Below, in pieces: positions 18,139-31,346 of a stretch of 64,000 nt of DNA. Below the pieces are notes generated by a model, which was not told the origin of the DNA, did not search any database, and saw nothing but the letters and a program-made list of their open reading frames with translations. Source of the stretch: Vermamoeba vermiformis (Eukaryota); NCBI GenBank assembly GCA_045837725.1, contig JBEWZL010000124.1, positions 434,001 through 498,000 of the forward strand, written 5' to 3'. Every line of letters starts with the position of its first letter. Positions within the stretch are counted from its first letter, which is position 1. A program made the translations under genes and the position numbers.

Positions 18139-21100
18139 ATGTACAGCCCAGAACCGATCGCGCAAGTCTGTTTATTAATACAAGGTAAGACAATCCATGA
18201 CTTGAAATATGAACATATATTGCACTCTATAATCGTGTGATGTATTGTATGCTGGGATATTTTATTTGTACAGACGTCCACAATTAATTTGCATTGAATA
18301 GATGCGCATTAATTATCATTTAAGACGTCCCTGTCCAGCACTACCCCTTATTATTTATATATACTGATCCCTATTCTCACCCCTACACCTCGCAGTGCAA
18401 GAATCAGGTCAAGCACGCATCACTGATTATTTCCCACCTTCATTTCAAAATCACGCACTGCTCGCTAATGTCGCCATGGTGCGTCCAAATATAGTAACTG
18501 ACAGCACGTGACTCATGTCCAAATACAGTTCTGTTTCCCCACCATGCCCAAGGCCCCCGAGCCCTCGCCAGGTCGCAAGCGAGCACGCAGTCACGCGCGT
18601 GCAGTGAGTCGGAGCAAGACAGCCGTGACAGCTGCTGACACCGTGACTGACACGCGTGCTCGCAGCAAGACACGCGCTGATGCCGCACTCGTGCACACAC
18701 AGCTGGTGGCACCTGACACCTGGCTCGTGCATCACTTTGTGCTCACGGGCGGTGATGGCGCGCGATACTACGGCCACTGCTTGCGATTCTCAGCACGTGA
18801 CTTGCAACAGACACGTGACAGCAGCAAGAACACCACGCACCGCACGGCACTGGACGAATTCTTGCAAACACACTGGAGCGAGGGTGACAGCAGCGACCTC
18901 ACCGTGCCACTGGACAGCGCGATTTGCGTGCTGACCACACAGCCCTGGTATGGACACGTGACATTGAGGTGTATGACACTAACCCATATTAGGTATGACT
19001 CGGTGCGTGCCTGGCTGGTGCACACGTGGCGCGATTCACTGAAAGCACAACGGCCCATTGAACCGCGTCTGACGCAGCTGTTTCAAGAGGCAGTTGTTCC
19101 GCACTCCAAGAGCTATGCTGTCAAACTGCTGCTCGACACAGCTGTCACACCCTATTTGACAGGTGAGCACGTGACACACATGCGGCACCCGACACAGCTC
19201 GATCTCCATCGACTTGAATTTCGGTTCATGAAACGACTCGGAGATCAATTCCCACAACTCGACTTCTCGCTGGCACCGCTGCGCAATCTCTCGCCGGAGA
19301 TTGTGGCGACAGTACTCGCGGCACTGCTGCTCGAACGCAAAGTGATTTTGACCTCGGCGTACGGCTCAGTGCCGATAGTGCACGCGTGTGAGACCTTTGT
19401 GCAGCTGATGGTAAGTCTCAGTTTGACACCTGTCACTGTGCTCGCTGACACCTGTCATTCAGTGGCCGCTGCAATGGAGTCACGTGTACATTCCACACTT
19501 GCCCTTCGGTACGTGATTTGACACCAGCAATCTGTGCAGGTCATTCATTGACACGTGTCATTTGCAGAACTCCTCGAGCTCGTGCAGGCCCCCACACCAT
19601 TCTTCTTAGGTGTGCAGCGCAACATGTTGCCCGAGGACTTGTCCACACTCAATCTCGGCACCAATCTCGTGACTGACGCGGTGCTGGTCGTCGATCTCGA
19701 TCACAATCTCGTGTGTGGTCCGCACAACGTCAGTCTGAGCTCGAGTGGCACAGTGCCGCTCAGTCACTCGTCCCCGCAGCTGAATGTGCATCTGACCGAG
19801 TCGCAAGAGTTTGTCGATGTGGATCTGACGGCGAGTGCCCCCGTGCAGTCGATCAACAACACCAACATCAACAACCACAGTCCTCTCGCGGCCTCGCTCG
19901 CACTCAAGCGCAGCACCTCTGACGCGGCCTCGCTGGTCAATGTGCCCACACTGCCACGTGTCATGCACCTGCGACTGTGTGCCAGGTAAGTCACGTGATT
20001 GAATGTGCATGCGGAGTATTTACACGTGTCAGATTGGAGGCCGCACTGCGCAGTACACTGTTGGACGCGAATCAGGCGTACAAAGTGTCACGTGTCAACC
20101 AGGGCGATCAGACCGCACAGCGCGTGCAGAGTGCCGTGTACTTGATGTACTTGGACCTGCTCGCGGACTGCGATTTGACACGTGTCAGCTACTTCTTGGA
20201 CACCCTCGACAGCACAGAGTCACGTGTAAGTATTGCACCTATTTATAGCACCAGTCCCTCACCCCCGCGCAGTCATTCTACGAGCAGTTCTTCGAAACAC
20301 AGGCCTTTCAGCGCGTGATTGAGGAGCGATTAGTGGAGGGCAGTGGCGCGCACTTCTTGTTCACGTGCTTGGAACTGCCGGCCAGTGAAGTGCGTCAGAT
20401 GATCCTCGAGGCCTTTGAGAGTCCCAAACACTTCCTCGAAATCGACGAGCCCCTCGATGAGGACTGCGCGCCCCTGTCCCTCGAACACCAGCGCAATCCC
20501 ATGCTCAACTTCCGCAACGATCAGTTCCGTGCTGCGCGCTACGACTACGTGCTGGCCGAGGTGAACAGACTCATCTTCACGGACCCCGAGTCCACAGACC
20601 TCTACGTGCTGCGCATTCACTATCACATGCAGCACGAGAAGTACGACAAGGCACTCAGCGACCTCTACTCGCTCAGTGAACTCGACGCCGAGCACCCGCT
20701 GTTCAACTCGATGCAGCTGTTCCAAGAACTGTTCTGCAAGCTCACTGAAGAGCAGCTCGACAAGATTCGTTCACTGAACGGCAGTGCCAGGTCCAAGAAG
20801 CTGGCTGAACTCGCGCAACAGTACTGCGAAGAGAACGGTGTCGGTGCGAGTGGTGCGGCACTTGGGTCCGAGTCTGACCACAAGGCACGTGACACGGACT
20901 GGGAGAGCATCAGCACGGACTCGTCGGAACAGAACACGCCACAGGTAATGTGCAGTGACACGTGTCATCCGAGTAACAACTGACATGTGTGACAGATGAC
21001 GATTGGTGACTGGGCACACTTGGACAATATACCAGGGCCCGAGAGTGATCCTGCAAATATCGACAAAGAGCGGCAAACAATGAGCAAATATCAGCTGATT

Positions 21101-22833
21101 CGCTACATGTCACGTGTGCGACTGGTCGATGATCCACTCACCGCGAGCAGACTGTTCACCATTCTCTCGCAGGGCATGAAGCGCACCAGTGTCAAGCTCA
21201 AGACCGTGAAGCAGTTCGTGACGCAAGTGCAAGAGAATCAGCGACTGAACAAAGTGAGCTGGACGCAGACTGTCGGCACCACGCTCGATGCAGAGGGCGG
21301 GGACGAGCTCGACGGTGAGAGCAGCGAGATTGTGTTGCTGCACGGACCTGTCAATCTGCTCGCGGAGGGCTCGGACATCACGCCCACGCCCCTCACTGGC
21401 GCACACAGCACGCGCGGAGTGTTGTTCTTGACCAACAAGCGGCTCTTGTTTGTGGCCACCAAGACCAAGTCCAACAAGCCCCGCGTGACGGACATGCGCA
21501 TTCGATCGATCAGCAAGATTGAGAAGTTCGATCAGCGGCTCAGTGCACTGTGGCCTGCCCTGCCCTGCATACGCGTGCACAAGAGCACCGCGCACACACA
21601 CACCGTGCTCACATTTCACATCAGCAATCGCCGCTCGTTTTGGTACGACTGTCTGAACGAGATCTTTGCAGCCTTCAAAGTGTCACGTGATCTGGAAGAC
21701 GAGGCGTTCCTATTAAAGGCCATCACCACAGTGATACTGAGCAATGCGCTGCAACGACCGACGCACAAGACTGCGCAGAGCAGAGAGGTCGATCACTTGC
21801 TGTTCACCTTCCGAGACTTCACCAAGAGCAACTTCTATCAGATCGGGCGCGTAAGTCATTTGCAGTTCTGTTCATGAACGGCAGCTCTTCTGACCCTAAA
21901 AATAGATCCTAGCCTCCGAAGGCATGCTAAACACAGCGTACAAGTGGGAGGAGGCAGCACACCCCAAGCGCGACAGTGGTGCAGTGGCGAGTGAAGTCTT
22001 GTCCACGGCACTCAGCTGTTTCTGCAACGCCTCTGATCTCTTCAAGCTGCGGGCTAGTCGCGAGTTCAATGACTTTGTGATTGCCACTGCTGAGCTGCAA
22101 GTGGTAAGTACTGCGACACGTGCTTGTGATTGCTGTTCTCGGATTGACACGTGTCACAGATCTCGCTCAACAATCTCTCGCAGAAGGAGAAGACGTGTCT
22201 CTTTGTCAACATTTACAACGCACTTGTCATTCACGCACTCGTGCTCGGTGAGTAGACTGACCAATCACATCGCTGCGCTTGTAACTGACCAATCACATCG
22301 CAGTTGGATTCCCTCAGTCTCTGCTCGAGTGGCGCTACTTTGCACGCCACGCCTGTTTCAACATTGGTGGCTTTCCCTTCACGCTCGACGCACTCCACCG
22401 CATTCTGCGCGGTCGTCAAGCACTGTCAGGCCGCGAGACAGGCGACAAGAAGTTCAAGAAGAATGACCCGCGCTCTGAACACACACTCGCGCACTCAGAT
22501 CCGCGCTTGCACTTTGTGTTAGCGCTGCACAACAAGTCCTGTCCGCGCGTGCAAATCCTTCATCCACAGACCCTGGAGCAGCAGTTGCGTCACGCTGCAG
22601 CCTTGTACTGCGAGGACCACGTGCTCATCAGCCCGGAGTCGCACGAGATCACGCTGCCCAAGCTGTTCTACTGGTACTCGAGTGACTTTGGCGACAATGT
22701 GCTGCAGTGGGTGGCACAGCACTTGAGCCACGACAAGGCCAAGCAACTGACGCGCATCATTGAGAGCGGCAAGTACAGCGTCACATTTGACTACAGCTGG
22801 GAGCCACTCATTTTGTCACCGCTCATCATGTAA
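18139..22833 (+). CDS. Multi-exon DENN-domain protein with TPR-like, GRAM/PH-like and C-terminal DUF547-like regions
   Basis: FCFP, HFVLTGGDGARYYGHCL, ALLLERKVIL, LVQAPTPFFLGV (DENN); RGVLFLTNKRLLF (GRAM-like); FVNIYNALVIH, DPRLHFVL, LPKLFYWYSSDFG (DUF547-like). Start codon tentative. Confidence 0.78.
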
Positions 22834-22916
22834 TATAGAACATTTATTATTGTACACGCTTGCGTTTAACACTCAATCATCTTGTTTGCTGATCGCTTCG
22901 AGTCTATTTATCTCTT

Positions 22917-24053
22917 ATGAACAAAATGACTGAGGCAAGACAGTTTATTTACCTTCAATTTGGTAATGACTTGTTGCGTATCGAAGAGCCTGCCTTGGGC
23001 ACTCTGGCCTGGCAGCAAGATCAAGAGACAAGTCAAGAATTTGTAGATCAGGAAAATGGCTTGAAGAGGGCACTCAAGCCTGAAGTTGGAGTAGGCTGGA
23101 CCTCCGAGCACTTCGAGGACACCTTCATTAAAGATACTAAGTACCAAACTTTAGCAGTTCCCATCGATGAGAACTTAGTACCGTCGGAGGACTGGAAACA
23201 CACGAGCACCTTTAAGGATAATCACGGCAATATCTACAATGGCTACCAAGTTTCTAATTTTTTCAAAAAGCCTATCTCTGTTGCAAATTTATTGCAGGCT
23301 CATAGTCTCAAGAAATACGCTGAGCTGGCAGAGTATTTTGGAGAGCTAACAGTAGAAGATGTTCTAACTCTAGAAGAAGAGGATTTGGTGAGTGCCGTAG
23401 CAACGGGCAAGCAGCAATTGTTGATGAAAAGCTTTTGGCGGAATGAACTCCGCAAATTTACTGGGACAAAGACTGAATATCAGACCCTCTCACGCCGTGA
23501 TCGAGTAGTTGCGCCTCAGTTATTGATGCAACAAAGACGCGTTGTATTGGATTTGCAACAAAAAGTTACATCAATCCAATTTGCAGACCAAGTTCCTCCA
23601 ACCCAAATCTTGGCGAACAAGCTCGTGGCTAAGATTAAAGAAGTGAATTTGAATCCACAATTTGCTCTTGACATCAACTTAGCGGACTGCTTGCTAATTG
23701 ATGAAGACTTAATATATGTGGTGCAGCTGCTGGATTACTTCTCTAACTGTCTGCGAATAGATCTGTCTGGCAATCGCTTTATGGGCACCCATTCTCATTT
23801 TGTCGACAATGTTTTGCTTGATATGTTGGACAAGGATAAATACGCACGACTTGAATATGTCAATATTGTGCGCAATCCAATCGCTTCCAGTGATAGACGG
23901 GACCTGTTTCTAACTTTAAACAAGTCTCAACTCGAAAGACTCATTTGGGTGCCCGCGGCATGGCTTGAGGGTGTTTCTTGGAAACGCATGGTCAAAGAAG
24001 AGATGTACGACACCGTTATTCAAACTCATCAGAGGTACTATAAGGCTGTATAA
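22917..24053 (+). CDS. Intronless uncharacterised protein, SAM-like segment plus C-terminal LRR (paralog 1)
   Basis: Single 378-aa ORF; LRIDLSGNRF and LEYVNIVRNPI LRR-like units; SVANLLQAHSLKKYAELAEYFGELTVEDVLTLEEEDL is SAM-like. Confidence 0.7.
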   Translation: MNKMTEARQFIYLQFGNDLLRIEEPALGTLAWQQDQETSQEFVDQENGLKRALKPEVGVGWTSEHFEDTFIKDTKYQTLAVPIDENLVPSEDWKHTSTFKDNHGNIYNGYQVSNFFKKPISVANLLQAHSLKKYAELAEYFGELTVEDVLTLEEEDLVSAVATGKQQLLMKSFWRNELRKFTGTKTEYQTLSRRDRVVAPQLLMQQRRVVLDLQQKVTSIQFADQVPPTQILANKLVAKIKEVNLNPQFALDINLADCLLIDEDLIYVVQLLDYFSNCLRIDLSGNRFMGTHSHFVDNVLLDMLDKDKYARLEYVNIVRNPIASSDRRDLFLTLNKSQLERLIWVPAAWLEGVSWKRMVKEEMYDTVIQTHQRYYKAV

Positions 24054-24180
24054 GAATATAAACGAGCTTATAAACACTTACCAGTAGTATGATCCCGAAT
24101 AATGGAACTTGCAGTTGTTAAAAATAATCTCCGCAGCGAATTGAAACGCTATCCCGCCTGTAACATTTTTTTGTTGTGCA

Positions 24181-25280
24181 ATGGAACAGCTACAACAGAG
24201 CAGCGTGTATTTGCAGTACGAACATGATTTGCTCCGAATTGCTCCTCGCCCGTCTAAGTTGATTTTGAAGCAAGACCCAGAACAGTTGGGCAATTGGACC
24301 GATCCATCAACAGGGTTTCCCTACGGATTTAAACCAAGTGTTGGATTCGGTTGGGCTACACCAGATTTTTTTGTCTTGGATCGCAAAGCCAAAATAATTC
24401 TGTTGTCCCCAGCGGATCTGCCGAGCGAAGCAGATTGGAAGCAGAGTGGCGTCTTCAAAGACGAGACTGGCAACGCCTATATGTTGTACAAAGCTGTCAA
24501 GTATTTTCTACCACTAATCAAGATTCAAAGTCTTTTGGTAGACAAGTATGAAACTCTAGCCAAGTACTTTGGGCAGTTAACAGTGGTGGATGTGGAGTCT
24601 TTCTCTGAAGAGGAGTTCGTGGAGACGGTGCAATACAAGCACAGGCTACTAATGCGTAGTTTTTATCGGAATGAACTCTGCAAACTGCCGCAAAGGCGCA
24701 TTGAATATTATTATTACATATTGTTCAATTTGCTGAAGTCCAACCTGCCCAATTAACATTCGTGCAACGACGAGTAGTGCTGGATCTGAGACAAAAGGCG
24801 GTTTCTCTGCAGTTTGCCAATTCTCTACCTACCCAAATTCCAGTCAACAAGCTCGTAGAAAGGATGAAGTTAATGAATCTTAATCCACAATTTACGCTGG
24901 ACATCTGTCTTGCAAATTGTTTCCTGCGAGATGATGACATGCAGCACGTTGAGCAGTTACTGCAGTACTTCGTTAAGTGTCAGCGATTGGATCTGTCTGG
25001 CAATCGAATATGCGGCTCTGAATCACAAGCTGATACGATGTTACTCGCTATGCTGGATGAGGGCAAGTATCCGCAGCTCGAATATGTGGATGTAGTGCGC
25101 AACCCTGTGGCGTCCATCGAGAACAAAGAGCTGTTTGAATCGTTGACCAGCTCACAGCTCGAAAGGCTCATATGGGTACCTGCAGCGTGGATAGAACGTG
25201 CAACGTGGAGGACTATGGTCAAACAAGATATGTACGACACAGTGGTTCAGGCACACAAGAAGTATTATGCCATAGCCTAA
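24181..25280 (+). pseudogene. Frameshifted tandem paralog 2 of the SAM-like/LRR gene
   Basis: ORFs 24181-24756 and 24762-25280 align collinearly to paralog 1; frame breaks at TATTATTATTAC (~24706-24717) with no GT-AG intron available. Confidence 0.65.
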
Positions 25281-25370
25281 TAAATAGCACATTCAACTCG
25301 CAGTTGAAATACAATACAAACCCTTTATATACGAGTACTCTTATTGTCACAATGAGAGCTAGCAGACAAT

Positions 25371-27245
25371 TTACTGCTGCACGAAGTTGCTGGGGAAGAC
25401 ACCCTCGCGACCATCGTCAGTGTAGCCTCTCCACCAACCTCCAGGGTCAGAAGTGTCAGTCACTGTGATGTATTCACCGGCCTTGAAGCTCAAGTCTCCT
25501 TCTTGCGAGGCCTCGTAGTCGTAGAGTGCCACGACACGTTGACCAGAGCCCTCTTCTTGGTACTCCTCTTGCCCGTATTCCTCTTGGTACTCCTCTTGGG
25601 CGTATTCTTCCTGAGCGTATTCCTCTTGGCCGTACTCCTCTTGAGCATACTCCTCTTGCGCGTATTCCTCTTGAGCGTACTCTTCTTGGCCGTATTCCTC
25701 TTGAGCATATTCTTCCTGGCCGTACTCTTCTTGAGCGTACTCTTCTTGGGCGTGCTCTTCTTGCGCGTATTCTTGACCATATTCCTCTTGGGCGTACTCT
25801 TCACCGTACTCCTCTTGAGCGTACTCCTCTTGGTAAGTGGGCTCAGGTTCAGGTTCGGGTACGGGCTCGGGCTTCTTGATGACAGGAGGAGTGGGCTTGG
25901 GGATCTCCACGGGCTTGGGAGGAGGTGGCTGAACAGCAGGCTTGGCAACTTCAACAGGCTTGGGGGGAGGGACGTTGACAGGCTTGGGTGCAGGAGGAGC
26001 GACTTGAGAGACGGGCTTGGGGGTGTTGTTGACCTTGGGAGGAGCAGTGCTGGCAGGGGCAGTGAAGGCAGCAGTTGAGACCTTCTTGGGCGTGCTGGCC
26101 ACAGGCTTGGGAGGTGGGGCTTGAGTCTGTGCCTTTTGTGCGGCCTCGAAGCGACCCTTGACAGAACCAGCGCCTACAGGACCGCGAGGTTGTTGAGCCT
26201 TGGCTTGAGCAGCTCTCTTCTCTTCTTCTTCGCGTCTCTTTTGTTCTTCCCAGTACTGCGCGTGACGTAACATTAGTAACGGTGCGACGAATGGCAGCTG
26301 TGAAAAATATCTGCAATGTTAAGTGACACGTACTTTCTTGCGGGCTTCCTCGTCAATTTGAGCCTTGGTTTGTTGAGGCTTGCCAGGAGGAGTGGGTTGA
26401 GCGCGGTCTTGTTGCCAGAACTTGGCTGAAGCTTCTTTGTTGAACTCGAGCTTGGTGTCACCGACTGCGGCAGTCTGCGAGGCCTTTGAAATCTCTTCTT
26501 GGTGGATCTTCTTGCCTTGAGTTACGTTCTTAATGCCTTCGCTGACACCCTAAGCGATAAAAAATAAGAATCAGGTTCCTAGGACGCGTCAGATGTGAAA
26601 AATATCTCACTTACTTGTTTAACAGCACCAGCATCGTAGTTAGAACCGACGGCCTTAACGAGCTTTTCTTTGATTTTTTCTTCGTCCAAATCAATTTCAG
26701 AACGAGCGTTAATTTGAACGTGGATCGGATTTCCTTTCTGTTGTTAACCATCGTGTTAATTAAGTGTAAATAATCCTATTAATATAATCACGTATAATTG
26801 CAGCCAATTTTTCCACAAATAAACCTATCAGATTATTTGGTATTAAATTTCCATTTTTTTACCTTGATGAAGTTGGCCATATCAACGACGGTGTTGTTGA
26901 AGCTGCCCTTCAACATACCAGTCACAGCACTGCCGAGCCATGCAATGTACACGAATTTGTTGGTATTCTTGATGTTATAGCGCAGGTAAGCGTATTGCAC
27001 TTTTCCTTCGCTGAAATCCTCTGAGCACTCAGACAAACCGTCAGTACCGGTGCCTTCAACTCTAATCTTGGTCAATGATTTGGGGACAAAGCTAAACAAT
27101 GCCCTATTTAATTAAATAAATTAATTAGTTAACTCCATCTCGCTTTCTAAAACAAAAAAGATACGCACCAGTTAATGCCATCAGTGCCGTTACGCACATC
27201 TTCAAGGGCCTTGGAAATAGCCGCGTCGCTGAAGTCAAGCGCCAT
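25371..27245 (-). CDS. Abp1/drebrin-like actin-binding protein (ADF-H, Pro-rich linker, acidic repeat, SH3)
   Basis: N-terminal ADF-H (GTGTDGLSE, KVQYAYLR, KFVYIAWLG, IHVQINARSE); C-terminal SH3 (VALYDYEA...GWWRG...GVFPSNFV). Confidence 0.9.
25553..25835 (-). repeat. Coding ~15-bp tandem repeat, (EEY[A/G]Q) x ~19
   Basis: Repeated GTAYTCYTCTTG-type units on the + strand; translation QEEYAQEEYGQ... Confidence 0.95.
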
Positions 27246-27370
27246 TTGTGCTGTTTTTGAGCTAATAAAATAAAAATGTCAACTTCAAACCAACCCAAAA
27301 CTTTACGCGAGGTCCTATTTTTAGTAGGTCGATTTTATGATTATTTACAAGCGAGGACTGTTTTTTCCGT

Positions 27371-29244
27371 TCATAGGGTAGTGCTGGACTGCAGATTGCC
27401 ATCATTTGCCGCATGATTCTGCAACACGGTGACGGTGAGAATGTTATTGAAGTCGTAGATCTTGTCCGTCAGTGTGTCCACCACGCGTAACAGGGGCAGT
27501 TTCTGCACACCGGGTTTGAGCGGGAAGAGCGTCAGCTGGAGACTGGTGGATGATTTGGGCAGCAGGCGATTAGTGACGAGCTCGTACTGGCCCATGATCA
27601 TGAGGCCTTGCACTTTGTGTTTGAGCACGGTGAGTGAGGGCACAATGGGCTTGGTGCCGCGATTGACCAGCTCGAGTGTGACAGTGAAGGGTCGCTCGAG
27701 GTAGATCTGCTCGGGGATCTGTGTGAACACGACTGACAGCGTGCGGTCTTGTTGCAGCTGAGAGGAGGTCATGTTAGTCAAACGATCGATCGAACTTCAA
27801 CTAATCAGACAGGACTTACATTGATCACGAAGGGCTCTGAGAGGAACACACCTTGACCTCCAAAGTGAGTTCTCCATGTCAACTTGACACGCCCTAGCGA
27901 CGTGTAATTCTGCGAGTATTAGAATCATCTGAATGACACGTGTCAAAGTGAAGTACTCACGGGAATATTCGGGTCTAAAGGGTTCTTATACAGGACTTTA
28001 AATAGGAACTTGTGCACGTCCCCACTGCTGATAGAGACAATGTCACCAATCAACTCCGCCAAGCTGTCATTCGATTAGATCGTGGTAATTATTACGATGT
28101 ATTAATTTTGACAGGTGCAGGTGTCAATGTCATACCTTGGAGGCAGATCCAGATTGTTGAGTGCATTGCTCGTGTTTTGCAGATTAGTCGCGTGATAGGC
28201 CTCTTCAGCAACAAATTCCACGTGCTCAACTTGCATGGGCACTTTCATCATGTTGCACACTGAAGACTCGATGGCAAAACCACTCTATTGGCAATCATAT
28301 ATAAGTACCTGTATCAAGCAATGGAATTGACTATTGCACATACGTGTACTGGCACTATTCTGCTCTCGAGGGTGAGTGAAGGCAGCACCTGAAATTTGAA
28401 ATATTTTCGCAAAGTTTTCTTTTCATTTTGACGCTGATAATTGATCGTGACCATCATGCTGTTCACAATATTAGGACTGGCTTAGTAATGAAGTACTTCG
28501 CCTTACATATGAGTGTCGAGTTCAGTGACGGCATGCTGTACAATGTGATCGATAGACTGGCCTGGCGCTAATGCATCACTCAGCTCTTCTTCGAGCAGAG
28601 TCACGCGCTGCGATCTGGCTTGCAATTCGACCTATTTATTCGTTGAGTACGGTGCAGCAATTTTGTAATTCTAAGATGCTACCTTTGTAGTGACTTGCTG
28701 GAGCGGTTGGTCGGTGTGATTAAATACGGATACATAACACGAGAACGATTCGCCAAAATAAATATCGCTGCAGATCCGAAATTGAAAATTATTAGTCAAA
28801 TTCATTGGTGGCTGATTTGAGCTTACCCAGTAATAGGAAATGTAGCGGCTTGGGATAAACCGAAATTGGTGGTCGTTGAGTCTTCTTTGTCCTTATTAAA
28901 CGGTGATTTTAGAGCATCTGCTGCCCAATCTGTCTCCTCGTGTGATAAATTCAATTCTTGAGCCAATAATGGTTTGTATATCCGCATAACTATCCAGAAG
29001 TATATTAGTAGCTATCGTCATTATACCTATCAGCTAAACGAATTTGCAAAACAATTTTATTATTTATTAGCGCAAAATCAACAATTATTGAGCATATAAA
29101 TTGTAAAAAATAATTAAATAATTAATACATACTGCGGAAGGTCAAATAATGAACTTCTTTATCTGCTGGCTGTTTTGGTCTGGCCTAGTTAAATTTGTCA
29201 ATAACAAGCTTAATAACGATGAATATGCATACTGGTGAGGTCAT
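27371..29244 (-). CDS. TRAPPC13: Trafficking protein particle complex subunit 13
   Basis: Spliced HYLTFRxMRIYKP, DIYFGESFSCYVS, RKYFKFQV, LGRVKLTWRTHFGGQG, LFPLKPGVQKL. Confidence 0.85.
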
Positions 29245-29420
29245 AGTCTATGTATTATGTTAATAATGTTGAATATTTTGTCAGTGCACCATGTATGCCC
29301 TTCGATCCAGCCAAACAAATAAAAATGACACGAACAACAGCCGCGTGAAAATAAATAATGTACAAGATTTACATTCGCATGCCAGCACTGAGACTAAGCA
29401 CTACACGACTAGTATTAATA

Positions 29421-31167
<1,747 letters not shown>

Positions 31168-31346
31168 TTGTGGTCTTTGTGTAAAACAGTTACTGAACAA
31201 CTGAAAATTATTTACTGTCAGCCACGACGAATCCACAAAACAAGGCTCGCGGGCAGGTTTGGCAGGGGACGCACGACCTTTAAGTCAATGAAACGCATGT
31301 ATTTATTGAGTTATATCTACATTGGGGAGGCAGTGCTTGATCCCGT

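Noticed and set aside
25553-25835. Regular repeat array resembling CRISPR
   Set aside because: No spacers or cas genes; it is an in-frame coding tandem repeat in a eukaryotic gene
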